Source: Octopus sinensis
Taxonomy: Eukaryota
Assembly: GCF_006345805.1 (NCBI RefSeq)
Contig: NW_021833343.1
Coordinates: 1 to 27,822 of the forward strand
Direction of reading: 5' to 3'
Length of the DNA stretch: 27,822 nt
Shown here: positions 11,593-22,111 of the stretch, in pieces
Layout of the letters: each line of letters opens with the position of its first letter
How positions within the stretch are numbered: position 1 is the first letter of the stretch
Notes under the pieces: model-generated
What the model was told of the DNA's origin: nothing
Database searches by the model: none
The model's input: the letters and a program-made list of their open reading frames with translations, nothing else
Program-made: the position numbers and the translations under genes

Positions 11593-12239
11593 ATATTATA
11601 TATATATTTATATATATATATACACGGAATACGGCGACACACATATGTATATATTCCCAACACAAATAGCTACGTTTATGTGTGTGTGCGTGGGTGGGTG
11701 CACGCACGTGTTTGTGCATCTCTGTGCTTGTCTATGAGTGTATGAGTGTGTGTGGGTGAGTGTAACCAAAGCCAAATAACGGAATTATACCCACACAAGG
11801 TAGCAATCAATCAATATTCCAGGTAATAATACAGGTAACTAACACCGTTTGCACAAACTTGCTGTAACAGTCATTAGGGTGCGATCGGGGTGGGTAGAGG
11901 AGAAACGAGTCCTTTGAAGTAAGGAACGCAATGAACAGAACGGGTGAAACGAGGGGAAAGGGGTGGAATGGTTTGTATTGCTTTTCCGCAGATTGACCGC
12001 AGCTCTGTGTACAAGAAAATCACCTGGACAAACGTACTTGAGAAGAATGGTCGAGTGAAAAAAAAAAATGAATATGGCGGGGACAGAGATGGGAAAGAAG
12101 AGAGATAAATAAAACAATGAAATTAACGTAAAACAATATTTAAATATAATAAAATGTTTTTTAAAATACATGAATACATATTTGTGTACGCGCGTGTGTG
12201 TGTGCGTGTTTGTGCGTGCGTGTGCGTGTATACATACAT

Positions 12240-13030
12240 ACATACATACATATATACATAAATACATACATACTTACATACATACATACATGGTGGCTGC
12301 CCCCTCGTTATCGAGTATGGCCATTGCACGAAGCTTAATCAATGTTGTTATCGTGCAATGCCTGTGCAAGAAGATTTTTTTTAAGTGAGGAAAGGCTGTG
12401 CACTGAGGCAATCCCACTCACTAAGCAACAGCAGCCATAATCCGAAAAGAAGAACAAGTCAACATCATCGGTAACCACTGAGCCGCAGGTTTTATATCGG
12501 AGTTATCCCAGTTAACTGAGTTACCTTCTTCTAGAAGGATGCCCTAACAAAGGCTAGGAGTCCTTCACTCCCAATGGTTTAACCGCGCGACCGGGTATTC
12601 AGTCCGATTATTTCTACGTGCGCGGGGACACATACATACATACATACATACATACATACATAAATACATACATACTTACATACATACATACATGGTGGCT
12701 GCCCCCTCGTTATCGAGTATGGCCATTGCACGAAGCTTAATCAATGTTGTTATCGTGCAATGCCTGTGCAAGAAGATTTTTTTTTAAGTGAGGAAAGGCT
12801 ATGCACTGAGGCAATCCCACTCACTAAGCAACAGCAGCCATAATCCGAAAAGAAGAACAAGTCAACATCATCGGTAACCACTGAGCCGCAGGTTTTTGTG
12901 TCAGAGTTATCCCAGTTACCTGAGTTACCTTATCCTAGAAGGATGCCCTAACAAAGACTTGGAGTCCTTCACTCCTAATGGTTTAACCGCGCGATCGGGT
13001 ATTCAGTTCGATTATTTTTATGTCCCCGCG
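12240..13030. repeat. Tandem duplication, period ~402 bp (possible RTE-like LINE UTR fragment)
   Basis: tggtggctgccccctcgttatcgag begins at 12291 and at 12693, and both units are preceded by (CATA)n. The RTE assignment rests on recalled similarity of the ctagaaggatgccctaacaaaggct motif and is weak. Confidence 0.85.
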
Positions 13031-13148
13031 CATGATACAGCCTTAAGACATTTATTGGATGGCCGTTGACTCCCAAGAGTTCCTCCGCCCTTTGTCTACA
13101 TACATACATACATACATACACACACACACAAACATGCATACATATATA

Positions 13149-13310
13149 TTCGAGGCGGGTCCTGTAAGTTCCTGGCTTTAAGTGTGTCGCGAAAAGCCTG
13201 GCTGGAGGCCCAACCTTTTGAGCTTTTTCTTTTTTTTTTTTACAGAGTTTCGGAAAAATGGAATGCTGCAATAAATATGTGAATCTGAGAAGTGAATGTG
13301 TTTTCGTAAA
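13149..13310 (+). mobile_element. Mariner-derived MITE fragment (one TIR plus C-terminal-like remnant)
   Basis: TA followed by ttcgaggcgggtcctgtaagttcctggc, a mariner-type TIR. The downstream tgcaataaatatgtgaatctgagaagtgaatgtg resembles the mariner C-terminus (WNKCVxLxGEYVE*). Confidence 0.55.
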
Positions 13311-13454
13311 TAGATGAAGATTTGTTTGAATGACTTTTGTCAATGTTATCATTTTTTTTACTTTTGACATTTGGTAGTCGTTACTTCTAGCTTACTTTGG
13401 AGACAAATTGCGCGTAATTTTGTTTACAGCTGTTAGTTCAGTGACAATTTTAAT

Positions 13455-13598
13455 ACGGAGTGTAGAAACGAACATTTTCGTCATATTTTGCTTTTTTTTT
13501 ATTTCCGTAAAAGAAATAAAGCTACTGAGGCTCACAAAGAGATATGAGAAGTTTATGGTGTTGATTGCTTAACAGAACGCACATGTCGGAAATAGTTT
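13455..13598 (+). pseudogene. Mariner transposase N-terminal (HTH) remnant
   Basis: (ACG)ECRNEHFRHILLFFYFRKRNKATEAHKEI*EVYGVDCLTERTCRK*F matches the mariner consensus EHFRHILLFYFRKGxNAxEAxxxIxxVYGxxxLxERTCxxWF. It has a dead start codon and two stops. Confidence 0.85.
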
Positions 13599-14144
13599 TA
13601 ATATATATATATAGCGACGTACGTACACTTTGGTCTCTTATATGTAAGCATATATTTATCTAAATCTTGTACGACTCTGTTCTTTTATTCTTTCCTTCTT
13701 TATATCAGCCATTTCATGCTTACTCCGTTCATCCCTCTCTTCGTTCTTTCGTTTCTCGTCTCTCACATTAAATTGTCTTCTCTTCATGCTCGCTTTCACT
13801 TCACTGTGTCCCTGTCATTTTTTCTCGCCGCGCCTTAATTCTTCTGTCCCTCGGCTGCTACCTCTCTCTCTCTTCTCTCCCCACGTGACCGGTGTTCGGC
13901 CAAGTCTGACATTTTTTTGTTGGTTCGTCCGCTGTCCGTACATCATCTGTATTCTTCCCTGGGCTTGTGAAATCTTGTATCTCTGCCGTAAGGCTTTACT
14001 TCCACAAACGCCAACTTAATTTAATTCGTCCTTAGTCGAAAGACACCTGTTGTTATGTCCTGTTATTTGTAATTGTGTAACCTTCTCCGTTTTTTCCGCC
14101 CTTGTTTTCGTATACATTCTCTGCTTTCTTCCAAGGGATCTAAT

Positions 14145-14355
14145 GCTCTTAGCTTAGTTTTTCCTTGGTGCTGGCCAGATTGGAGCAATCTCGAGTATAA
14201 CCAGCCGAAATTGCAAAAATAATCTGGAATTCGACTGTGGAAAGAAAACTCCGAATGGCCTGTCCTTGAGTTTTTTGTATCATCTATCTGGATGTTTTGT
14301 TGTCCCTTTCTTGTATCACTTAACAGTCTGGATGCTTTGCGTTCTTGTCTCATTT
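14145..14355 (+). mobile_element. Repeat family A, copy 2 (probable body extends upstream toward ~13615)
   Basis: Aligns with 245-432. The upstream cgtacgtacactttggtctctt (13618) also occurs at about 979. The 3' end runs into (TA)n. Confidence 0.6.
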
Positions 14356-14376
14356 GTATATATATATATGTGTGTG

Positions 14377-14429
<53 letters not shown>

Positions 14430-14543
14430 ATATATGTATACACATACATATTATATAGTTGAAATTTACACAAAAACAAAAGAAGACAGGTGTATAAACA
14501 AGAAGCAGGTGTATTAGTTTACCGCTCGGGAAAGTGAGAAAAT

Positions 14544-14579
14544 CTTTTACGTTTCGAGCCTACGCTCTTCAACAGAAAG
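14544..14579 (-). ncRNA. Minimal type I hammerhead-like motif (Penelope-type), CUGUUGA core variant
   Basis: Minus strand: CTTT-CTGTTGA-A-GAGC[GTAG]GCTC-GAAA-CG-TA/AAAG. Stem I is CTTT/AAAG, stem II is GAGC/GCTC, and stem III is the palindrome ACGT. It lies inside a family B repeat at about 14462-14620. Confidence 0.55.
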
Positions 14580-14640
14580 GAAAACGAGGAAATAAACAGA
14601 GAATAAAAGAAGCTTTTGGAACTCATATATATATATACGA

Positions 14641-14790
14641 CGAGCTTCTTTCAGTTTCTATCTACCAAATCCACTCTCAAGGCTTTGATCGGCCCGATGG
14701 TATTGTAGAAGACACTCGCCATAGGTGCCACGCAGTGGGACTAAAGCTGGAACCATGTGATTGGAAAGCAAACTTCTTACCACGCAGCCA
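14641..14790 (-). mobile_element. Bipartite SINE 5' half, minus strand
   Basis: Reverse complement of gtggctgcgtggtaagaag...ggttccagctttagtcccactgcgtggcacc...aaactgaaagaagc. Confidence 0.8.
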
Positions 14791-15043
14791 CATATATATT
14801 TCATACCTTTCGTTTTTTTTTTAGCTTTTGAGACATCGTATACCTAGGACTACAGGTCAATATTATGAAATATATTCTCTCTCTTTTTTTCATCGGGTAG
14901 AATGAGAATTGGGGTAAATTTGGCTGTTACTTTTGGTAGAGCGACTGATTGATCATTTAGTAAGAAACTTTATCCGGTGTTTGTGTAGTTGTGTGCCCCT
15001 GTATTGTCTTATGCGTGTCTGTGTGTGCCCGCATGATTGTGTA

Positions 15044-15079
<36 letters not shown>

Positions 15080-15464
15080 GGTGATGATGTGGGTGAAGGA
15101 TGAAAAACCTGTGTAATGCTAAGGCCGAGGCTGACTGTTGAAGCGTGACACGGCCAACAAGGACGAGCTGACTAAAATGGCAAAGCTAGTTGGCCGGTTT
15201 AGAAGTCAGGCGACGTTGGTTAAAGATGGCGGAGGTATTAACAATTGAAACGGTGGTGGTAGTGGTGATGGTGGTGATTGCGTTGCGTGATAATGTTGGT
15301 AGTGATAATGTTGCAGTGATAGTCGTATTGTTTAAAGATGGCGAAGGTGTTGGCGGCGACCGCGGTCGTAGCGGTTTTGCTGCAATGGTCAAAGCTCTGG
15401 TGGTGACAGTGATGGCGATGGTGGTGGCAATTATGATATTCATAGCGATGAGGCTGATGATAGT

Positions 15465-15795
15465 GGTGGTGGTGGTGGTGGTGGTGGTGGTGGTGGTTGT
15501 CATCGTCGTCGTCGTCGTGCAGTTGATGGTAATTACGATACTGGTGTTGATGGTGGTGGTGGTGGTGGTGGTGGTGGTGGTGGTGGTTGTCATCGTCGTC
15601 GTCGTCGTGCAGTTGATGGTAATTACGATACTGGTGTTGATGGTGGTGGTGGTGGTGGTGGTGGTGGTGGTGGTGGTTTGGTGGTGGTGGGTGGGGTGTG
15701 GTTTGTCATCGTCGTCTCGTCGTGCAGTGTATGGTAATTACGAACTGGTGTTGATGGTGGTGGTGGTGGTGGTGGTGGTGGTGGTGGTGGTGATG
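15465..15795. repeat. Tandem repeat of ~80-bp unit x3 within (GGT)n
   Basis: ttgtcatcgtcgtc...gtgcagt..atggtaattacga.actggtgttgatgg is repeated three times. Confidence 0.9.
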
Positions 15796-16129
15796 GCGGT
15801 AAATGTGGCGAGGGTGGCGTTGCTGGTACTACTGCTAATGTCTGTTGTGCCCGTTAGTTTTTCCCCCAGCCAGCCAGCCAGCCGGTCAGCCAGCCAGCCA
15901 GCCAGCCGGTCAGCCAGCCGATTCAACTTTCCTGCCCACCCCCTGTTTCTTTGTTTGTCTGTCTGTCTGCCTGTCTGTATGGCTGTTGGCTTGTTCGTGT
16001 GACTGGTACCTGCTAAGGATGAAGGAGGTATATAGGCAGGAGTAGGAAGAGGAGACGAGAGAAACAGAGGGAGAGAGAAAGAGAAAGAAGAAGAAGGAGA
16101 GAAGGGTCGTATAAGGTAATGATGGCGAT

Positions 16130-16370
16130 GGTGATTGTGGCGTTGGTGATGGTGTGGTGTGGTAGGAGGGATATGATGATAATTATGTTGGTGATAGAGA
16201 CAATGATAATGATGATGATGATGATGATGATGATGATAATGATGACGATGATGATTACGACGACGATGACTACGACGATGATGATGTTTATGATGATGAT
16301 GATGATTATGACGGTGAAGACGACGACGACGATCATGATGATGATGTGATGATGATGATGGTGGTGGTGG

Positions 16371-16405
<35 letters not shown>

Positions 16406-16471
16406 TTGATGATGACGACGACGACGATGATGATGATGATGATGATGATGGCGATGGTGACGATGACAATG

Positions 16472-16503
<32 letters not shown>

Positions 16504-16510
16504 GATGATT
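16130..16510. repeat. (GAT/GAC)n trinucleotide tract
   Basis: Directly visible. Confidence 0.95.
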
Positions 16511-16735
16511 ATAGTAGCGCTGTTGATATGGAGGGGAATTACGACAAGGATGGAAATGAGAAGGAAGAGGAAGCAGCAGAAAAAGAAAGATGAGGGAAAT
16601 GACTAAAAGAAGAGAGAGGGATGGAGGTTAAAGAAGAGTGGGCGGCGGCGGAGGAGAGACGGATGAAAAGTTACTCAGTGTTGATGATAAAGAAAATTGG
16701 GATGTGAAGGTTCTGCTTTCATGCGTTTACAAGAC

Positions 16736-16767
<32 letters not shown>

Positions 16768-16914
16768 AGGGAAAGAAGGACGAGGAATAGAAAGAGTGGT
16801 GGAGGGAGGGAGAGAAGTGTGTCAGATTGGCAGGGTTTCCGACGAGGGTTTTTTGATGGAAGTTAACTGCGGGGTTTAATAGGTTTGGATTTTGGTTGTC
16901 ATGGCGGTTAGTTA

Positions 16915-17755
16915 GAGAGGGAGAGAGAGGGAGAGATAAACAGGAAGAGAGTGAGAGAGGCAGAGAGTGGTAGAGAGAGAGGGGGAAGAGAAAAGGGGAG
17001 AGGGAGAGACAAAGAGACAGAGAAAGAGAGAGTGAGACAAGGAGGGAGAGAATGAGAGATAGTATAGAGTGGTAGAAAGAGGGGGAGAGGAAAAGAGAGA
17101 GAGACAGACAGGGAGAGAGTGAAAGGGGCAGAGAGTGGTAGAGAGAGAGGGGAGAGAGAAAATGAGAGAGGGAGAGGGAGAGAGACAGAGAAAGAGAGAG
17201 TGAGACAAAGAGAGAGAATGAGAGAGGTATAGAGTGGTAGAGAGAGGGGGAGAGGAAAGGAGAGAGGGAGAGGCTGACATACAGAGAAAGAGAGAGAGAG
17301 AAATAGGGAGAGAGTGAGAGAGAGGTAGAGAATGGTAGTGAGAGGGAGAGAGAAAAGGAGAGAGGGAGAGACAGGCAGACAGAGAAAGAGATAAAGAGAG
17401 AGAGAGACAAACAGGGAGCGAGTGAGAGAGAGAGAGTGGTAGAGAGAGGAAGAGACAGACAAAGAAAGAATGAGAAAAAAGAGAGAAAAACAGGGAGCGA
17501 CAGAGAGAACAGAGAGTGGTAGTGAGAGGGAGAAAGAAAAGGAGAGGGTGAGAGACAGACAGACAGATAGAGAAAGAGAGAGAGACAAACAGGGAGAGAG
17601 TGAGAAAGAGAGAGTGGTAGAGAGAGGGAGAGACAGACAAACAGAAAGAGAAAAAGAGACAGATAGAGAAAGAGAGAGAGAGACAAACAAGGAGAGAGTG
17701 AGAGAGAGAGGTAGAGAGGCAGAGAGAAAGAGAGTGAGTGAGAGAGAGAGAGAGT
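16915..17755. repeat. (GA)n-rich minisatellite with recurring agagtggtagagag motif
   Basis: The motif recurs about 10 times within GA low-complexity sequence. Confidence 0.85.
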
Positions 17756-18617
17756 TAAAGCTTATGTATGTGTGTCAGAGACGGAGGGGAGAGTGAGTGA
17801 AAGAAGGAAAGAGTAGGAGGAGGAAGAAGAGAGGCGCAGTCTACAGAGTGATTGAGTGAGTGATGAAGTCAGTGATTGCTTGAGTGAGAGTGTAAAATGA
17901 GTAAGACTGAGGATGAGGGATGGAGGTAAGGATGAAGGAGGTAAGGGAATGAATGAAAGAAGGAAACAGGGAGTGATTGAGTGAGTGTTAGGGTGAGTGA
18001 GTTAGTGAATAAGTTGGTGGATGAGTGAGACAGAGAGTGAGTGCCTGATTGAGTGATTGATTGAGAAAGTGAGTGCGCGAGTGGAAAGTAGTAGAAATCC
18101 ACCAATAATAATATATTCAAAATGTACAACGCCTGAGTGTGGGTAAAATAACAATGTAAATAAACCCTTTTTATGCTATTCACGCGGGGGGGGGGAATGG
18201 AGAGAGGGAAAATCTCAGTTTCGTGGTTTGCTGACCGCTCTTCAGAGAAAAGTGCTCAGTTTGCTCTCCCAGTCAATAACATAGATCAGCTACAATATAA
18301 AGCAGTCTAAAATTAGGCTAGCGCGGAATTAGTGAACCTTAGACTGCTCCGCATTAGGTAAACAATAGCTGTTTTATGCAGGAGACAGCGTAAATCAGAT
18401 GAAATAAGAATAATTTAAACTTTACAGAGAGAGAGAGAGAGACACACAGATAGACAGACAGAGGGAGAGAGAGAAAGATGAAGAGAAAAGGAGACACAAA
18501 GAAAGAGCGGCAGAGAAAGCCCGAGGTAATCTCTTGACGGACCGTTTTATGATGAATGCATTATTCACACTTGGTGATCTTACAGAAAGCTGTATATACT
18601 GTATATATACTCTAACC

Positions 18618-18829
18618 CTCTTAGCTTAGACATTTTTGAGGGCAACTAGATCAAACCGGCTCAAGTGCAACTGCCCGAAACGGTCGTGACTTCTGGAACT
18701 TGACTGAGGAAAGAAGGCCACGAATAACCCGTCTTTTTTTGCCTGTCCTTCTAATTGTTGTTTCTCTTGTCCGCCTTTGTATCGTTTATCTGTCCGAATG
18801 TTTTATTGTCCTATATTGCGTTTTTGTTC

Positions 18830-18832
<3 letters not shown>
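18618..18832 (+). mobile_element. Diverged family A-related repeat, copy 3
   Basis: Shares ctcttagcttag (cf. 14147), ctggaacttgactgaggaaag...cgaataacccgtc (cf. 300-340 and 14225-14265) and a T-rich tail into (TA)n. Confidence 0.5.
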
Positions 18833-18867
<35 letters not shown>

Positions 18868-19028
18868 ACATATATATATATATGTAGATATACATATATA
18901 TATATATATTATAATATATATATATATATACATTATACCATACATATAATATATATAATATATATATATCATATATATACATATATATATATATACATAT
19001 AGATATATATACATATATATACTATACA

Positions 19029-19076
<48 letters not shown>

Positions 19077-19097
19077 GTATTATTATATATATATATT

Positions 19098-19134
<37 letters not shown>

Positions 19135-19170
19135 TATATATATGTATGTATGTCTATATATATATGTATA

Positions 19171-19225
<55 letters not shown>

Positions 19226-19238
19226 TATATATGTGTAC

Positions 19239-19270
<32 letters not shown>

Positions 19271-19328
19271 TATATATCTATATATATATATATATATATA
19301 CATATATACATATACATATATATATTTA

Positions 19329-19380
<52 letters not shown>

Positions 19381-19381
19381 C

Positions 19382-19412
<31 letters not shown>

Positions 19413-19612
19413 CATATATATAATATATATGTATATATATATGTATATATATTATATATTTTATATAATATATATATATATATGTATGTATGTATATATA
19501 TATATGTATGTATGTATATATATATATGTATATATATGTGTATATAATATATATTATATATCTATATATAATATATATATATATATTATATATATATATA
19601 TATATACATATA
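18833..19612. repeat. ~780-bp (TA)n-rich microsatellite
   Basis: Directly visible. Confidence 0.95.
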
Positions 19613-19759
19613 CGTGATATTCGTCGCCACTTCAACATGGCTGTCCGTTCGAGCGGATTCTACTGCGATTTTGTAACTCCAAGAGGACATCTCTTCTAGC
19701 TGGTTAACGATAAAATTGCGAGCAGGGGAACTTATTCCTACCATCTCCTAGCGACGGAA

Positions 19760-19810
19760 CCAGTAAGCCAGTCCTGGTTTCGGGCTATTTCTGCCACTCC
19801 TCAGTACTGG
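19760..19810 (-). ncRNA. Type I hammerhead ribozyme fold with non-canonical C16.1 (GCU triplet), within a ~243-bp element at 19613-19855
   Basis: Minus strand: CCAGTA-CTGAGGA-G(T)GGC[AGAAATA]GCC-C-GAAA-CCAG[GA]CTGG-CT-TACTGG. Stem I extends a further ~20 bp (CTATCATCTC-TAGC-A-GACG-AA / TT-C-CGTC-GCTA-G-GAGATGGTAG), spanning 19738-19835. Confidence 0.7.
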
Positions 19811-19944
19811 ACACTTCGTCTGCTAGAGATGATAGCAGCTCACTTCTGCATGCAATATATATATATTTCAAGAGAGATTTTTAGAACCTGCATTTTTACT
19901 TCGGCATCCAGAACATCCAAAAGGCAAGCAATGCTATGCAAGTG

Positions 19945-20044
19945 CTACATGGTTCCGGGTTCAGTCTCACTGCGTGGCACCTTGGACGAGTGTCTTCTAC
20001 TATAGCCTCGGCCGACCAAGCCTTGTGAGTGGATTTGTGTAGAC

Positions 20045-20045
<1 letters not shown>
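19945..20045 (+). mobile_element. Bipartite SINE 5' half (matching 3' half at 20570-20765)
   Basis: Runs from acatggttccgggttcagtc to gtggatttgtgtagacg, then (TA)n. Confidence 0.8.
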
Positions 20046-20088
<43 letters not shown>

Positions 20089-20217
20089 TATATACATATA
20101 ATAATAAGGGTAAATAATTTCTATAATGGTTTTTTAAAAAAAGACCACAATTATTTACTGGTAGAATTCGGTATGTAAATATAGCCGATTACCGACAGGA
20201 ACTTCTGTAAAGTTCAG

Positions 20218-20528
20218 TATATATATTGTATATAAGAAAAAGGGACAGGCAACAGGTTGCTTGACCGCATACCGAAAAAAGTAGAAATAGCAGTCAAAAA
20301 TGCTTATTTCTAATTTCCACAAATGGGGCTCCAGGCACGACAAACCCTGTAATTCACATATGTTTTCGAATATCTATTCCTTCTGTTTTGCATATGTGAA
20401 TTACAGGGTTTGTCGTGCCTGAATTACAGGGTTTGTCGTGCCTGCATTTTTGACTGCTATTTCTACTTTTTTCGGTATGCGGTCAAGCAACCTGTTGCCT
20501 GTCCCTTTTTCTTATATACAATATATAT
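20218..20528. repeat. Nested foldback element: arms 20218-20303/20444-20528 and 20332-20362/20391-20421, with a 23-bp duplication at 20422-20444
   Basis: The arms are near-perfect reverse complements when read directly. Confidence 0.9.
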
Positions 20529-20569
20529 ATATATACACATATATATGTATGTGTGTCTGTATATGTTTG

Positions 20570-20765
20570 GGTATCTGTGCTTGTCCCTCCAACATCGCTT
20601 GACAACCGATGCTGGTGTGTTTACGTCCCCGTAACTTAGCGGTTCGGCAAAAGAGCCCAATGGAATTAAGTACTAGGCTTCCAAAGAATAAGTCCTGGGG
20701 TCGATATGCTCGACTAAAGGCGGTAGTTCAGCATGGCCACACTCAATTGACTGGAACAAATAAAA
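20570..20765 (+). mobile_element. Bipartite SINE 3' half
   Basis: Runs from tctgtgcttgtccctccaacatcgcttgacaaccgatgc to actggaacaaataaaag. Confidence 0.8.
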
Positions 20766-21024
20766 GATTATATATATATATATAAATTGGAGAAAAGAGT
20801 AATCGTCATTGACAGGGCGCAAGCGTGCCGAATTGCATCTGACATTCTTGTGTATCAATGGCGGGATGATCTTTCGTTTCGCTTCAATATTGTGTTTTCA
20901 AGACAGTCTCCTATCTATGACGTCATTTAGTATATGATTCCTCCTTTCTCTATTCCTTTCCTAACCCCCTTCACATGTCCGTATTTACTGATTTAGTTTT
21001 GGTTTGATTAAATGTAGCCTTAAA

Positions 21025-21480
21025 CCACCGCCATCACCGTTACCGTCACCACCATCGCCTCAACCACAACCACTACCACAGCCACCACCATCACCACCAT
21101 CATCACCACCACAACCAACACTGTCATGAGCACAACACTATCCCCACCATCACACCCATAACTACCATCGCCACCACAACCAGTGCCACCACCAACACTA
21201 CCACCACCACTATCGTAACGATCACTACAATCACAGTCACCACCACCCCTAACACAACGACGACGACGACCACCACCACCAGCATCACAACAACCATCAC
21301 CCCATCACTACCACCACCATCACAACGACCAATACAATCACAGCCACCACCACCATCACTACCATCACCACGAGGACGACGACGACCACCATCATCACCA
21401 CCACCACTATCATCATCGCCACTACCACCAGCATCACAACCACCATCACCACCATCGCTGCCATCACCACCACTACCAAA
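21025..21480. repeat. (ACC/CAT)n trinucleotide tract
   Basis: Directly visible. Confidence 0.9.
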
Positions 21481-22076
21481 CCTCCCAGTTCACATCCGTA
21501 GACTTTATCTTTCAGCCTCGATATCATCACAGCTCCCATAATTCATTAGTCATTCGTCCAGTTTTTATCTAAATGGCGTATCAAAAAACATCACCAACAC
21601 CAACACCAACACCAACGTCCCCTTCATCACCCACCACCACCACCACCACCATCACCACCACCGTCGCAATTTCAATTTATTTCTCTCATCCTCAGCTTTC
21701 TTATATCTCTACCCAGAATGCCTTTCGTCTTCCTCTCACGTTATTCACTTCCATATCCGTCGTACGTCTATTTATTCTGTTATCTATCACATCTAATCAT
21801 TCCCTTTTCGTTTGGTCAGCCTAAATATTTTATTTTCTGTAATTTCTTCTTATTCTTTCCTATTCTGCTTTCGGTTGTAATTTTTCTTTCTTGTTCTTCT
21901 TATTCTTTTTTTCTTTTTTGGTGCTGCAATTTTCCTTTTTTTTTCTTTTTTCTTTTGTTTTTATTTACAGTTCTGTTCATTTGTTACTTTCTTTCCTTAC
22001 ACATTTTCTATTTTCATATCTTCTGCTTCTGTTTCTTATTGCAATTTTGTATCTGTATTACTGCATCTCTGTCTTC

Positions 22077-22111
<35 letters not shown>

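Noticed and set aside
15100-15240. Unique island with open frames (e.g. RDTANKDELTKMAKL)
   Set aside because: Splice sites are weak, several frames are equally open, and no homology is recognised.
18213-18250. Minus-strand CTGAAGA-GCGGTCAGCAAACCAC-GAAA-CTGAG
   Set aside because: The core and a weak stem II are present, but I could not find a stem I, a stem III partner or an NUH site in any topology.
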